64,000 nt of DNA from positions 46,142 to 110,141 of IMG/VR virus record IMGVR_UViG_3300042691_031577, one strand, 5' to 3'. The translations under genes were made by a program, and so were the position numbers. The notes under the pieces are model-generated. The model saw only the letters and a list, made by a program, of their open reading frames with translations, did not search any database and was not told the origin of the DNA. Origin of the DNA: a virus. Below are positions 20,975 to 32,500 of the stretch, one piece after another; the stretch's first letter is position 1; every line of letters starts with the position of its first letter.

Positions 20975-21318
20975 TTGTTTAATCGTTTAGTTTTTTCTTT
21001 AGATGCTTCTTTACGTTTAGTAATATATTCTAATCCTCTTTTTAATCTTGCTTTTACTTCAGGATCTTTTGCTTTACCATAAGCTGCTCTAACACGTTGG
21101 TGAATTAAATTAATAATTTGTGATTGTCTAGCGTGTGATTTAGATTTGAATGATGTTTTAGATAATGTATCTTTTATATCTTGAACTGTTTTAAATTTAA
21201 CACGAACAGTATCAGATGGATCTTCATCTGTGTATAAGCGACGACCTGATCCTTTAGGTTTTTTACCTGTGCCTACTTTAGGGTCTCTTTCTAATAATAA
21301 ATCTGTTAGTTTGATCAT
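20971..21318 (-). CDS. Basic hypothetical protein with MIKL leader
   Basis: MIKLTDLLLE; DPKVGTGKKPKGSGRRLYTDE. Confidence 0.75.
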   Translation of the reverse strand: MIKLTDLLLERDPKVGTGKKPKGSGRRLYTDEDPSDTVRVKFKTVQDIKDTLSKTSFKSKSHARQSQIINLIHQRVRAAYGKAKDPEVKARLKRGLEYITKRKEASKEKTKRLNK

Positions 21319-21330
21319 TTGTTTATTTAT

Positions 21331-21945
21331 TTAAATACTGTATAAATGCTCTACTACAGTACGTTTTACTATTCTTCTAACAGCATTTACCTGTTCTATT
21401 TTACTTTTAGCAGTTATATCACCATTTTTCCAATAATTAACAGCTTGTTGATATGATTCATTTATATGTTCCATTCGTTTTTGAATATTGGCTTCTGCTA
21501 CATCTTCAATACGATTCATAACTACTGAATATTCAGGTGTATTATCAATTTTATATTGGTTATTGAATAAATCTTGTAATTTATTTATAAATGATTGTGA
21601 TTTATAAATATTGGTTTTGGTATCAGTATTACCTGATATCTCTATAGATTTAGGATGTTTATTTTGAATAAAATCTGCTAATATTTTATATGAAGTAGCA
21701 GTTATTTGTTTCCACGCTTCTGGTGTAGTGTTTTGATTATTATCTGTAAAAGACCAAGCTATGGTCCATTTATTGTTTTGTATATCTATTCTTCTAAAGT
21801 AATATTCTGCTTCAATATCTTGTCCATTTCCTACAACGTATTTAGTATCAGATATTTTTTCTATATTAGGTAAAGGTTTATCGAACATTTCTAATATTCG
21901 ACTTAACTCTTCTTTAATATATTTTTTTAAATATGTTACTTTCAT
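21331..21945 (-). CDS. Hypothetical protein with leader
   Basis: MKVTYLKKYIKEEL; late motif at 21950-21958. Confidence 0.7.
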   Translation of the reverse strand: MKVTYLKKYIKEELSRILEMFDKPLPNIEKISDTKYVVGNGQDIEAEYYFRRIDIQNNKWTIAWSFTDNNQNTTPEAWKQITATSYKILADFIQNKHPKSIEISGNTDTKTNIYKSQSFINKLQDLFNNQYKIDNTPEYSVVMNRIEDVAEANIQKRMEHINESYQQAVNYWKNGDITAKSKIEQVNAVRRIVKRTVVEHLYSI

Positions 21946-21959
21946 TACTTATAAATATC

Positions 21960-22607
21960 CTACCAATAACCGCTAAAGCTGGTCTTAAAACCCAAGAGCT
22001 TGCTGTACCTGGGGAGCCTACAACTCCAATACGACGCCTTAGTTCTGTCTTTTTTATTTTTACAATCATGACGAGCAGCAAACGCTTTACGTGCTTTTGG
22101 GTTATTTAATTTAGCACGTAATCCTGTAGTATCACCAAACGATACTTTTTTAATTCCGCCTCCTGGTTTACGAACGTAAACGTAGAATTTTTTAGATCCA
22201 CCACGTTTTGGTTTACCAATAGGCGGTGTTTTTTTCTTTTGTTTAGCGGCCTCAGTAATTAATTCATCAATACTGATTGGATAATCAAGTGGAACAGTTA
22301 TCCCATTATATTCACCAAACTCACCTATATTAGATTCTAATAATTCAGCATCGTCTTCAACTACAGATAATAAACCTTTGTTGTATAATTCACGTGCTTC
22401 ACGGAATAATTCAAAATAATTTTTAGATAATGGGCGGTAAACATTATGAATTAACATTTTACCTTCTCTGATGTGGTATTTTAATCCTTCAGATAAAACT
22501 AAATTATTAGTAGATTCTGTTAGGACTAATTTAGGACCATTACACCCACAATCATCTTCTTTAAATAATTCTTCTTGTATTATTTGGCGTAGTGTTGATA
22601 TTTTCAT
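21960..22607 (-). CDS. Hypothetical protein with leader and a basic C-terminal domain (DUF5754/DUF6321-like)
   Basis: MKISTLRQIIQEE; KKFYVYV...KKVSFGD...RKAFAARHDC...YWSC. Confidence 0.7.
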   Translation of the reverse strand: MKISTLRQIIQEELFKEDDCGCNGPKLVLTESTNNLVLSEGLKYHIREGKMLIHNVYRPLSKNYFELFREARELYNKGLLSVVEDDAELLESNIGEFGEYNGITVPLDYPISIDELITEAAKQKKKTPPIGKPKRGGSKKFYVYVRKPGGGIKKVSFGDTTGLRAKLNNPKARKAFAARHDCKNKKDRTKASYWSCRLPRYSKLLGFKTSFSGYW

Positions 22608-22620
22608 ACCAATAAATATA

Positions 22621-23205
22621 TTACTTAATACTGTCCTTAAGTTTTTGTATGTATTCTTGAATATCTTTAATTATTTCTTGCTCATCTACACCTTTACCTT
22701 TCCATTCTTCAACATCTCCACTTTCAGTTACGAATGAACCTTCGTTAATACCTAATGATAATTCAAGTAGTATATCTTCCATTTCTTTAATATGTACTTC
22801 AACACCGCGAGATAATATGCTTTTTTGGTATTCCTCAAATTTACCTATGCGTTTTAGTTCGGTTTCATGCGCTATAACGCAATCAGAACATTTTTTATGG
22901 ATACTGTACATATGTTTATCTAAACGGCCTTTATTCATGGCTCGTTTACATTCAGGGCATGTTAGCGGCATTTGTAATATACTCTTAACCAAATCTAGTT
23001 TAGTTATGGTCATCTTTATACCATTTTTAATGGTCCATGTTTTGCCATTTTCTTCCCACACATCACCCTCTTTATAGTCTGTTTGTGCTTTGGTATAACC
23101 TACTTGTGTTACAGTTTTATCTGTATAATTTTTAGAAACTAAGTTACGCAAACGTTGCACATCGCGTTCCTTAAATTCTTTTTTCAATAACGATTCATTG
23201 CTCAT
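22621..23205 (-). CDS. Hypothetical Zn-finger protein
   Basis: CPEC...CSDC. Confidence 0.7.
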   Translation of the reverse strand: MSNESLLKKEFKERDVQRLRNLVSKNYTDKTVTQVGYTKAQTDYKEGDVWEENGKTWTIKNGIKMTITKLDLVKSILQMPLTCPECKRAMNKGRLDKHMYSIHKKCSDCVIAHETELKRIGKFEEYQKSILSRGVEVHIKEMEDILLELSLGINEGSFVTESGDVEEWKGKGVDEQEIIKDIQEYIQKLKDSIK

Positions 23206-23209
23206 AACT

Positions 23210-24073
23210 TTATTTTATAAATTTCTTTATAGGAGTATCATATATTCCCTCATATTTTTTTCCAAAATCTCTTAACAATACACCTGCTTTAGCATTTGCT
23301 TCATTTTCGATATCACTACCAGTCTTACCACTTTCATAATTTATTTTTCCATCTTCATCTTGTTTACGATGGATTAATTCATGAGCTAATGTACGAAAAA
23401 TATCAGCCATGTTTCTATCGCCTACGTAAACCCATATTTCATTAGTATTAGGAGAAAAATACCCAAACGAACGTTGTTTTTTAACATGATCAGTATCGTC
23501 TGAGAATTGTATCTTAGGGATTTGGGCTAATCCTAAGTCTTCTTTAACGTAATTAATAAATTCGTTTACTAAATTAACTTCATCTTCTTGGCTTCCATCT
23601 TCCTTTATTTTAGGATTAATAATAGCTACTAATGCCTCAGGAATAAGATTTAATGCTTTATGTAATGATAATATAAATTCACCATTAACCAAATAATACT
23701 TATCACTATCATAATTTAGTATTAATGCTTTAGGTAGTGGTTTTAAATTTTTAACAGCCTTTAAATAAGGAACAGGGTCTATTTTATGTTCTTTAGCGTA
23801 TAGCAATGCTTGACCCAAGCTTTTAATATTGTACGAATTAGTATTTTCTAATTTAGACCAAACGTCATCAATTAATACTACGTCATTAGCACCGTTAAAA
23901 GCTAATTGTAAATCCTCTACAGGAAAATTAAAAACTAATGCTGCTTTATTTAAAGCACTTAAATTATCCTCAACATATTGGTGATTATCATCATCTTCAA
24001 AATTATTTGGGGGAGATTCATGTAATTGAAATGCTTTATTCCACCACTCTTTACTAAATATATTTTTATCCAT
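23210..24073 (-). CDS. Protein with C-terminal HExxH zincin metallopeptidase domain
   Basis: RTLAHELIHRKQ followed by ENEANAKAG. Confidence 0.7.
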   Translation of the reverse strand: MDKNIFSKEWWNKAFQLHESPPNNFEDDDNHQYVEDNLSALNKAALVFNFPVEDLQLAFNGANDVVLIDDVWSKLENTNSYNIKSLGQALLYAKEHKIDPVPYLKAVKNLKPLPKALILNYDSDKYYLVNGEFILSLHKALNLIPEALVAIINPKIKEDGSQEDEVNLVNEFINYVKEDLGLAQIPKIQFSDDTDHVKKQRSFGYFSPNTNEIWVYVGDRNMADIFRTLAHELIHRKQDEDGKINYESGKTGSDIENEANAKAGVLLRDFGKKYEGIYDTPIKKFIK

Positions 24074-24098
24074 AAATAATTAATATGGTATAAATATA

Positions 24099-24887
24099 CT
24101 ACTCTGCTAGTTTAACGGATACAGGCAATGACTGGCTATAAGGTACATCATCTGGGTTTTCTAATTTATATATATCGTATATTTTGGTAAACATTTCAAA
24201 ATTTTTATCAATATCACCAATTACTTTTAATTGCCACCCAGCTCCTTGTATTTTTTCACCTTTTTTATCCTCGCCACGAGTAGCTGCTTTTAACCATATG
24301 ATTCCCGTATCAGTTACATGCTCATCATGAGTCTCGTTCCATGCTTTAGTGTAGGCAGCTAACTGTAAATCGTAGCTAGTGTGTAGTGAATTGGATGTTT
24401 TAATATCTAATAACCATAATTTACCACGTAATCTTACAATTAAGTCGGCTGTTCCTGCGTATTCATGTTGATCTGAGAATAAATGGTATTCTGCTGCTAC
24501 TAACTCAGGTTTTTCACGGTTCCAAAATTCAGTAAAACGTAAGATCATTTTCCAAACATCTAGCGCATAGTTAACGTGACCGTTTTCTTCAATCCACACT
24601 ATTTCTTCACCGTTTATAAATTTTTCAACAGCATTGTGTACTTGTGTACCTTCAGCAGCGGCTTTAGATGCTATAATATCACTATTATGACCTACATCTT
24701 TTAACCAATTATGAAAAAATTGATTTTTAGGAAAGTAATTTAATATCGTTGATACTGAAGGGTAATATTTGTCATTGCGTTTATAAAAACGTTGGTCTAA
24801 AATATTAATTTGTTTATTGTCTTCACTGTATTGAATAATGCGTTTAATTTTGGGATCTTTGATCACATTGAAATTTTTATCTATCAT
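24099..24887 (-). CDS. PD-(D/E)xK exonuclease
   Basis: YPSVSTIL, GTQVH, YAGTADL, LLDIKTS, LQLAAY. Confidence 0.88.
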   Translation of the reverse strand: MIDKNFNVIKDPKIKRIIQYSEDNKQINILDQRFYKRNDKYYPSVSTILNYFPKNQFFHNWLKDVGHNSDIIASKAAAEGTQVHNAVEKFINGEEIVWIEENGHVNYALDVWKMILRFTEFWNREKPELVAAEYHLFSDQHEYAGTADLIVRLRGKLWLLDIKTSNSLHTSYDLQLAAYTKAWNETHDEHVTDTGIIWLKAATRGEDKKGEKIQGAGWQLKVIGDIDKNFEMFTKIYDIYKLENPDDVPYSQSLPVSVKLAE

Positions 24888-25837
24888 ATATTATCTAATT
24901 TTTTTACTAATAAACTTTGGAATGTTAGTGGTAATGTATTTTCTATAATATTAAGAAAATTTTCAAATCCTATTGTGTTTGCATCTTTACCATCTAACTC
25001 TACCAAGTATACTTCTTTACCAAAGGACATTAACATTTCACAATGTTTTAAAGCATCCTTAATAGCATCTTTATCTAATGCTATGTATATTTTTTGTACA
25101 TCAGACGATACTAATTTTTTCATTAGTATTTCATGTATTACCTTACCAAATAATGGAATACAATTACGTTTAATTGTTAGAAAATCAAACATACCTTCTA
25201 CTAATATTATAGGAGCACTCCAATTAATGTATAGTTCCATACCAATTATATTTTTAACAGGTACAGATGGGTTATCATATTTTCTACTTAAGGTATCTGA
25301 GTAGTCTCGTGCTATAAAATAATTTAGTTGACCTAATCCATCATAAGACGGTATAATAATTCTATTAGTATACTTGCCTTCTGCACAAAATCCAATATTG
25401 TATTTTAAAATATCCATCTCCGTCAATCCTCTATTTTTAATGTATTTAATCGCATGTTTTGCGGCTAATTTTATGGATTTATCGGTTGTATTAACATTAT
25501 AAAGAGGAATAAATTCAGCAGGTAATTTTGTATTAGTTTCTGTAGTTTGTTTAGTTTTACCTGGTCTAATTATTAGGTTTAGTTCTTTAGTTTTATCTTC
25601 AGGCGCGTCTAATTTCTTTAATAATGATTTTATTGTTTTACCTTTAGAACTATTTTTTGGTGGGCACGTCCAACAATGCCATGGATTTTCATTTTTTTCA
25701 TTGGTGTCAAGTTGAACCTCTAGTTTACGTTTGTGGTGATTACAAAAGGGACAATGAAATGCTACATTGCCCTTACTAGTAGGATGACCTTTACCTAGTA
25801 CGGATTCAAGTAATATAAGTAAAGCTTGATTTTCCAT
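24884..25837 (-). CDS. DNA primase (Zn finger + TOPRIM)
   Basis: CPFC...WHCWTC, RIIIPSY..YFIAR, LVEGMFD, IALDKDA, KDAN. Confidence 0.92.
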   Translation of the reverse strand: MENQALLILLESVLGKGHPTSKGNVAFHCPFCNHHKRKLEVQLDTNEKNENPWHCWTCPPKNSSKGKTIKSLLKKLDAPEDKTKELNLIIRPGKTKQTTETNTKLPAEFIPLYNVNTTDKSIKLAAKHAIKYIKNRGLTEMDILKYNIGFCAEGKYTNRIIIPSYDGLGQLNYFIARDYSDTLSRKYDNPSVPVKNIIGMELYINWSAPIILVEGMFDFLTIKRNCIPLFGKVIHEILMKKLVSSDVQKIYIALDKDAIKDALKHCEMLMSFGKEVYLVELDGKDANTIGFENFLNIIENTLPLTFQSLLVKKLDNI

Positions 25838-25861
25838 TTTGATGGAATATACAAACTTTAT

Positions 25862-26323
25862 TTAGCCAATCAAATCTTTTGTGTAAAACTTTCCAAGAAT
25901 ATTATCATTAATCCATTTGGTTGAATCTTCTAATACTCCATACTGGAATAGGTATTTGCACTCGTAATATGTTAATTCTTTCTTGGTTTTGCAAAGTTTT
26001 AATATTACTCGTATGAATTTATCTTTAGGATATTTCTTTAGATCCTCTTTTATTTCTTGTGACGAACCATAATATGTTTTCCAGTCACTTGGTTTTACTA
26101 CTAATTTAGTTTGTTTAGTTCTACCACGTGTAACTGGTAAGTTGGCTAATTCTTTTTTACCTAATTTAACATTATTTTTATGAAAGAAATTTTTCTTACC
26201 AATATAACTACGACCTGTTTCTAAGTTAGTAGTCATGTAAATATAACCCTCATATTGGGTTGGGTCAAATGATTCGTCGTTAATTAAATCTTCAACTGTC
26301 AAAACTAATTGTATTTGAAACAT
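25862..26323 (-). CDS. GIY-YIG family nuclease
   Basis: GYIYMTTNLETGRSYIGKK...WKTYYGSS...LTYYE. Confidence 0.75.
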   Translation of the reverse strand: MFQIQLVLTVEDLINDESFDPTQYEGYIYMTTNLETGRSYIGKKNFFHKNNVKLGKKELANLPVTRGRTKQTKLVVKPSDWKTYYGSSQEIKEDLKKYPKDKFIRVILKLCKTKKELTYYECKYLFQYGVLEDSTKWINDNILGKFYTKDLIG

Positions 26324-26324
26324 A

Positions 26325-26873
26325 TTATATATCTAATATTTTTATATTGTCTTGTTTATCATATCCAAAATTTTCTCTGTTTGCATCAATTCCATACATT
26401 TCTCTTTTAACTTTAGATAATTTAGATAAATACGTAATTAATTTATTATAAAATTTTTTATTATTATTATCTTTTAAAATATCTTTAATAACTTTTATAG
26501 CATCTTTATTATTATTTTCTAAATGTCTAAATAAATAAGCTACTATATCTATATTACTAAAACTAGGAGTCTCAAACACTATTTCTTGTTTAAGACTATC
26601 AACGTCTTTTCTAAATTTATCTACATCTAGTTTTTGTTGAATCATATATCCTTTTTCGTAGTTTACTTTTTCAATTTTAGCAAACAGATCAGGATATTTT
26701 TTACCTAATTGTTCTTCTTCTTGAACATCATATATACTTTCATTACTTAATCTATCAAATACTTTTATAACTAAATCAGGACGGGTTGATAGGTTGTATA
26801 CGTCTTTATACGTACCGCTACCCATTCTTGGTTTTTGTTTTGTATTTAATTCATTAAACATCATATTTAACAA
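26325..26873 (-). CDS. Minimal protein-kinase-like protein
   Basis: Gly loop MGSGTYKDVY, VIKV lysine, helix-C Glu, catalytic loop DANRENFG, C-terminal ILD. Confidence 0.72.
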   Translation of the reverse strand: MLNMMFNELNTKQKPRMGSGTYKDVYNLSTRPDLVIKVFDRLSNESIYDVQEEEQLGKKYPDLFAKIEKVNYEKGYMIQQKLDVDKFRKDVDSLKQEIVFETPSFSNIDIVAYLFRHLENNNKDAIKVIKDILKDNNNKKFYNKLITYLSKLSKVKREMYGIDANRENFGYDKQDNIKILDI

Positions 26874-27873
26874 TAAAAGCCATGTCTGTATTTGGTGATA
26901 TAAGAATAGGTTTGGCTAATTTAGCTACCGCTAATAAATCATCATCATCGTTATATAAACCAATAGATGTTACATAAGGAGAAAAATCAGATCCCGTAGC
27001 AAAATCTTTTAAAGTTCCATCATTATAATAAAATACTGAACTAGATATGCTAGCGCTTGTTATTGTTCCAGCTTGCATTGATGGATTATAACTAGCATTA
27101 AATTCACTTTCCTTAACTATACACCTTACTTCAGTTTCATAAATAGTGTAATCATTTTGAAATTCAACTCCAATAGGAAATACAGGAGAACTTAAGAAAT
27201 TAATATAATCGTTGTTAGTTATAACACACATTCCTTGACCATAAAATATATTACCTATATGAATAGGAACAAAATCACTTCCGTCTTCGGTTAGATATGA
27301 TGATGTAAGATAGCTAGATGATATATAACCTGTAGATAAAGCATAATATGGGTTTACATATAAACTATCTACATATAATGTAGGAATATAAGTAACATCG
27401 TATAAATTACCTTGTCCATCATCAATCATTACTATTAAAGATGAAGATACTCTAAAACTATATGGCAAAATACTGTTACCGTATAAATCACTACTAATAC
27501 CTAATAGACCTATTCTATCTCCAGAACTTGAAGGAAAATTTTTAATTATATTTAATTCTCCATATTTGTAATAAGATGAAGTAGGTCTTTGAGAAGAGGC
27601 TGATTCGTAATATACTGATACCGCTAATGATTGTGTGTTTAGTGAACTAGTATAAGATTGGTAATAAAGTTGGTTAGCTATTGTATAAACTAAAGATTGG
27701 TATTCTCCATTAGTTGTAGTTGAACCACTAGTTGAAAATGATGTATTAGTACCTATATAGTAGGTAATATATCCATCATTGGGAGTAGCATTATAAGAGA
27801 ATGACCATAGCTTATTAGCTGTGTAGGGGGTTACTGTAGTATCCGATTTGAAAAGCTGTTTGAACGCGCTCAT
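26854..27873 (-). CDS. Tail/baseplate structural protein
   Basis: Ser/Thr/Tyr-rich; C-terminal PYVTSIGLYNDDDDLLAVAKLAKPI shared with the neighbouring gene. Confidence 0.7.
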   Translation of the reverse strand: MSAFKQLFKSDTTVTPYTANKLWSFSYNATPNDGYITYYIGTNTSFSTSGSTTTNGEYQSLVYTIANQLYYQSYTSSLNTQSLAVSVYYESASSQRPTSSYYKYGELNIIKNFPSSSGDRIGLLGISSDLYGNSILPYSFRVSSSLIVMIDDGQGNLYDVTYIPTLYVDSLYVNPYYALSTGYISSSYLTSSYLTEDGSDFVPIHIGNIFYGQGMCVITNNDYINFLSSPVFPIGVEFQNDYTIYETEVRCIVKESEFNASYNPSMQAGTITSASISSSVFYYNDGTLKDFATGSDFSPYVTSIGLYNDDDDLLAVAKLAKPILISPNTDMAFIVKYDV

Positions 27874-27882
27874 GCATTTTTA

Positions 27883-28869
27883 TTAGTAATCTAATTTAAT
27901 TCTAATTAATGCCTCTTTAGTAAAATCTTTAACTAATGGTCTTGATAATTTAGCTACAGCTAATAATTCATTATTATCATTGTACATACCAACAGTTGTA
28001 ATATACGTTTGTGGATTATTAACTAAGCTAGTATATAATAAATTACCATTTGAATCTATAATAGAAGGATTAGTAGTATAATTAAATTCACTATTTTTTA
28101 CACGAGTAAAGAAATAACGAGAAGATACTGTTTCTGCTGATTTAGCAGTCATTGGATTTCCTGCTACTCCTGAAGCTGAAATAGCATTAAATATTTTTCC
28201 TTGATTGTTATTACTAGCAAATGATTTAGTAACAGGTGCAACAAAAGATGCTACTGAGTTAGACCCACTTGCTTTTAAAACTACAATGTTAAGATCAGGA
28301 AACATAAATCCATAATATGTTGAAGCAGCACTTGAAGTAAAAGCTGATCCATTACTACCACTGATTATATTGTAATATCTGTTTTCGCCAATAAAATTAG
28401 CTGTACTAGATTCGTTACTGTCATCTGTTAAAAATATTTGAGCACTACCTGATCTAAGCCTTATATTTAAGGCTCCAGGAAGTAATGATTCTTTATATCT
28501 AGCTCTTGAATAATTAATAACATATATATCTTCTGCTGTTGTAGTTCCATCAAAACTAAAATTTACAGTTTCAGTACCGTAAACTAAATTTCTATACTGT
28601 CCGTAAACAATACGACTTGGAGATGAGCCTGTTACAGATGAATTAATTAAAGCTGAGCCTGAACCGTATAAATTACCATATTGTACAGTAAATTGAACAG
28701 ATGATGAAGGATTAGAAGTAACTAAATCGTATACATTCAAATAATATTCTGTGTTACTACTTGCTGTAAAGAATGTAGATAATGTATTAGCATCATTACT
28801 AAATAAACCTCTTACTACGGTTTCTGAACTTACTACTGAATCGTCTTGTGCGTATCTTATAAATGACAT
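27883..28869 (-). CDS. Tail/baseplate structural protein (paralogous C-terminal domain)
   Basis: TYITTVGMYNDNNELLAVAKLSRPL. Confidence 0.7.
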   Translation of the reverse strand: MSFIRYAQDDSVVSSETVVRGLFSNDANTLSTFFTASSNTEYYLNVYDLVTSNPSSSVQFTVQYGNLYGSGSALINSSVTGSSPSRIVYGQYRNLVYGTETVNFSFDGTTTAEDIYVINYSRARYKESLLPGALNIRLRSGSAQIFLTDDSNESSTANFIGENRYYNIISGSNGSAFTSSAASTYYGFMFPDLNIVVLKASGSNSVASFVAPVTKSFASNNNQGKIFNAISASGVAGNPMTAKSAETVSSRYFFTRVKNSEFNYTTNPSIIDSNGNLLYTSLVNNPQTYITTVGMYNDNNELLAVAKLSRPLVKDFTKEALIRIKLDY

Positions 28870-28881
28870 ATTTTATTATTT

Positions 28882-29535
28882 TTAGATTTTATTTACAACT
28901 AAAGGAATAGTAATTCTAGCACCACTATCTCTACCTACTACTGTAATAGTTGTAGTTAATGATGTCAATGTTGTGCCATATAATGTATTGATTGTTGTAC
29001 CTGTAATGGTAAACGATGTTCCTACTTGGGTTACAGATAATGTAGCTCCAGTTGTTGTATTTAAAGTAGTTCCAGGAGTTGTTGTGGTTATACCAGTACC
29101 TTGGAAAGATGATAATAATCTTCCGTCTGCTACAGTAACTGTGTATCCACTACTTTCAAATGTACTAGTGGCTCCTAGATAATTTAATGTTTGAGGAGTA
29201 ATAGTTAATGAAGCTCCTTGTTTAATGGTAATACTATTGTACCCAATATTAATAACAGGTAATTTAGCTGTTCCACGTGGAAGTGTTACTAATTTATATC
29301 TCATCATTTGAGTATCATTAGGTATAGCTTCTAATACAGGGGTAGCCTCAATAGCTTGTCCATAATATGCTGAGCCTGATGGATGATCAGGATTATATAA
29401 TGTATAATCAATCTCGTCATCTGCTAAAGCAAATTGAGTTATTTGAAATGAACCATCATTACGCGCTAATAATTGGCGTCCTTTTGTGGTTAAAATTGCG
29501 TCTACTGTTATTGTTGTAGGATTTAATATAGCCAT
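28882..29535 (-). CDS. Structural protein (baseplate/fibre attachment-like)
   Basis: DAILTTKGRQLLA...ITQFALADDEIDY; Thr-rich; late motif at 29555-29563. Confidence 0.7.
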   Translation of the reverse strand: MAILNPTTITVDAILTTKGRQLLARNDGSFQITQFALADDEIDYTLYNPDHPSGSAYYGQAIEATPVLEAIPNDTQMMRYKLVTLPRGTAKLPVINIGYNSITIKQGASLTITPQTLNYLGATSTFESSGYTVTVADGRLLSSFQGTGITTTTPGTTLNTTTGATLSVTQVGTSFTITGTTINTLYGTTLTSLTTTITVVGRDSGARITIPLVVNKI

Positions 29536-29562
29536 TTGTGTATATTTTTACTGTTATAAATA

Positions 29563-32500
29563 TTATAATATTCCGTTTTCTTTTAAAGTTTCAACAACGC
29601 CATTTAAATTAGTGGCTAATTCAGGAGACATATATTGTGGTGTCATATACCCTGGGGCATTACCTACTAATTTGGGGGCGTTTATTACTAGTTTAGATGG
29701 GTCTATTTGATATTCTCTAATTAAATATCCATTATTAATAGTAGTTGCTGTTAAATTAGTTGAAATTGATTTATCTAAATAAAGATAAAGATAAAAAAAT
29801 GCTGGGGTAAATATTACAGGAGGAGTCATATCAAAAGATATTATATTGTATACATAATCTTCATTTTGTAAAAATCTAATTTCTTGACCTACTTTAGGTA
29901 TAGTTGGTATAGGAGTGTCGTATCCACCAACTCCAGCAAAACTTTGAGATGTTATATCTTGAGCCCATGGATAATTTAAATCACTATAAATTGTTCCAGC
30001 ATTTTTTGAATAATAAAATATAGACGCTAAATCACTAGAAGCTGTTAATACATTTCTACTATTAGCTCCAAAAGACCAAGATGCCTCTAATCGAGTAAGT
30101 TGTCTTTTATTAATAATACTACCAGTACTATTACTTTCATAAAATGCTAAAGAAGCGGTCACCCACTGAGGATATCCAAGAGTAGTATTACTTCCTGATT
30201 CATTAGTTAATATGACTTTAGGCCATAATAAAGCAGGTCTATATACTGTTGTTGATTGATCTAAATCTGTTTGAGATGACCCAGCTGGGAGTGTAGTGAT
30301 TTGTAAGTTAACAACACTATCTTTTACAAAATTATTAATTAAATTATAATAGTATGCTGAGCCTGTACTAAAATTTACAGTTGTTTGATTACCATCTTTA
30401 TCAACTAAACTATTAATCCATAATGTTGATTTATTTACTAACTCAGGATAAGCACCTCTAATTTCTTTAAATGTTAAGAAAAATGCTTGAAATTTATCTA
30501 TAGCTGATGTTAGACCAAAAGAACCTGAGTCACCGTTTGTAAATTCATTATATCGAGACGATATTATTTTGCTACCATCGTGTCTAGAATTTTTATATGA
30601 TGTTAAAGATAAATACGAATCTTGTAGTTCAGCTGAAGAAGATATAGAGCTTGTTTTTTGTTCTAAAACAATATCTGGTAATCCTGGATTTTCTATTATT
30701 TTTCTAACACTAGATGTTACACTGCTAGATACATTATTAAATAATACATTATAATCAGATAAAGCAAATTTTTCAAGACTTATACTTTCAGTAACATCAT
30801 GTTGTGAATTCCAAACATCAATATCTGTTAAGTATGGATTTTCATTACTTGGTATAAAGTAAGTATCGTATAAATTAACTTTACTACCGCTTATTTCTCC
30901 ATCATAATATGCTGCTTTATCATCTGGTAGATTATCATATAAAAATCCATATTCTGATCCTATGCTTCCACTATTGATTTCACCCTCATGTATACTTTCA
31001 GTTGTGCTCGTAGTAGGGTTAGCATATGCAAACTTATTCCTTTCTAAAACAGGTGAATTAATTGTAATACCAGTAGATAAACTTGTACGAGCAGGTACAA
31101 AACTTTCTAGTGTTTTAAACAATGAATTATCAAAGAACTGAATTAAACGGATAAATCCGTTGTAATCTAAATAAGATGAAGTAAAACCAGAATATGAACC
31201 TGTTCCCTGTTCAAAATATATTTTGCGTTGAATATCTAAATCAGGATAAGTGTTGTAATATTGTTGTCTAGGATCTCCTATATATTCATCCATATCCCAT
31301 GAAGGATTACTAGAAGATATAGATTGAGATATATATAAATCTATCTGTGTTTGGGGTGAAAACGATATATCTACAAACTGCAAATCATTATCTAAGTAAT
31401 CTACAGACGATGTTGGAATTTGTTGGATAGTAGTTAAAGGAGATAAAACGCTTCCTGTACTTATAGTATCAGATAATCTAACTTTGTTTGTACTATACCC
31501 TTTTAAATATTCAGTTTTTGACTCACCTCCATATTCTTTAACATTTAAAATACTACTAGTTACACCAAACATAGTTATTATGTTTTGTAAACCAGCTGTT
31601 GTTCCTTTAGTTTTAACTAATAGAGGTAAATTATGATATATTCGTTTATATAATTCGTATGTTAAGTCTTTTCTAGGTATATTATTTAAGTAGCTACTTG
31701 TAGCCGAGAAATCAGTTAATGAACCACTATATATAAAACTACCGGTATTATTACCTACTATATATTGTTCTAAACTTTCTCCTTCATTACTGTTAAATAA
31801 ATCTATCCCTAATGATTTTAAAACTTGGTAAACTAAATCATTAGATATGCCTTTATTTGGATTATTATTAGCTAAATTAATGTCAGTTACTGATTTTAGT
31901 AGAATCCAAATATTATCAAAATAATGGCCTATCATATTTAGGAAAAGTAAATACTGGTTATTATCCGGATCATCTCTTAAGTATGTAGGTATCCCATTGA
32001 TTAAGTTATTTGCATTTAATTCATCATATATAGAAGCAGATGATATAGCATTATTAAACCATACTGATGCTGATGTTGACCCTGTTGGAAATAACGTGTA
32101 TGGTAGTGTTGAAGTGGATTTAGGCCAAGCGTATGATGTAGATTCAAAATAAAGATATGTTTCGTATCCATCAAAATTAGAAATAATATTATTAATACTA
32201 GCTGAGTATTTGTTAATCTCTAATTTAAGATAAGGATTAAAAGAGGCACTAGATGAATAATTTAAAATAAGATTACTGTAGTCTTCTATATCTTTTACTT
32301 TATTGTAAAATCCATCCAAACGTTGTTCTACAGAACCAAAAAAGCTAAAATTATCATAATCAGTATAATCAACATTAATAGCAATACTATTTGATGTTAA
32401 AGCATTTGATAATTTATTATAAGTATTAGATTGTGTGAGTTGTAATGATGAAAATAAGTTATTATATCCTGAGTATTGAGTAGATATTGTATTTATTTCT

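Noticed and set aside
24099-24887. Cas4 / CRISPR association of the PD-(D/E)xK nuclease
   Set aside because: No four-Cys Fe-S motif and no array; it sits with primase as a replication/recombination nuclease
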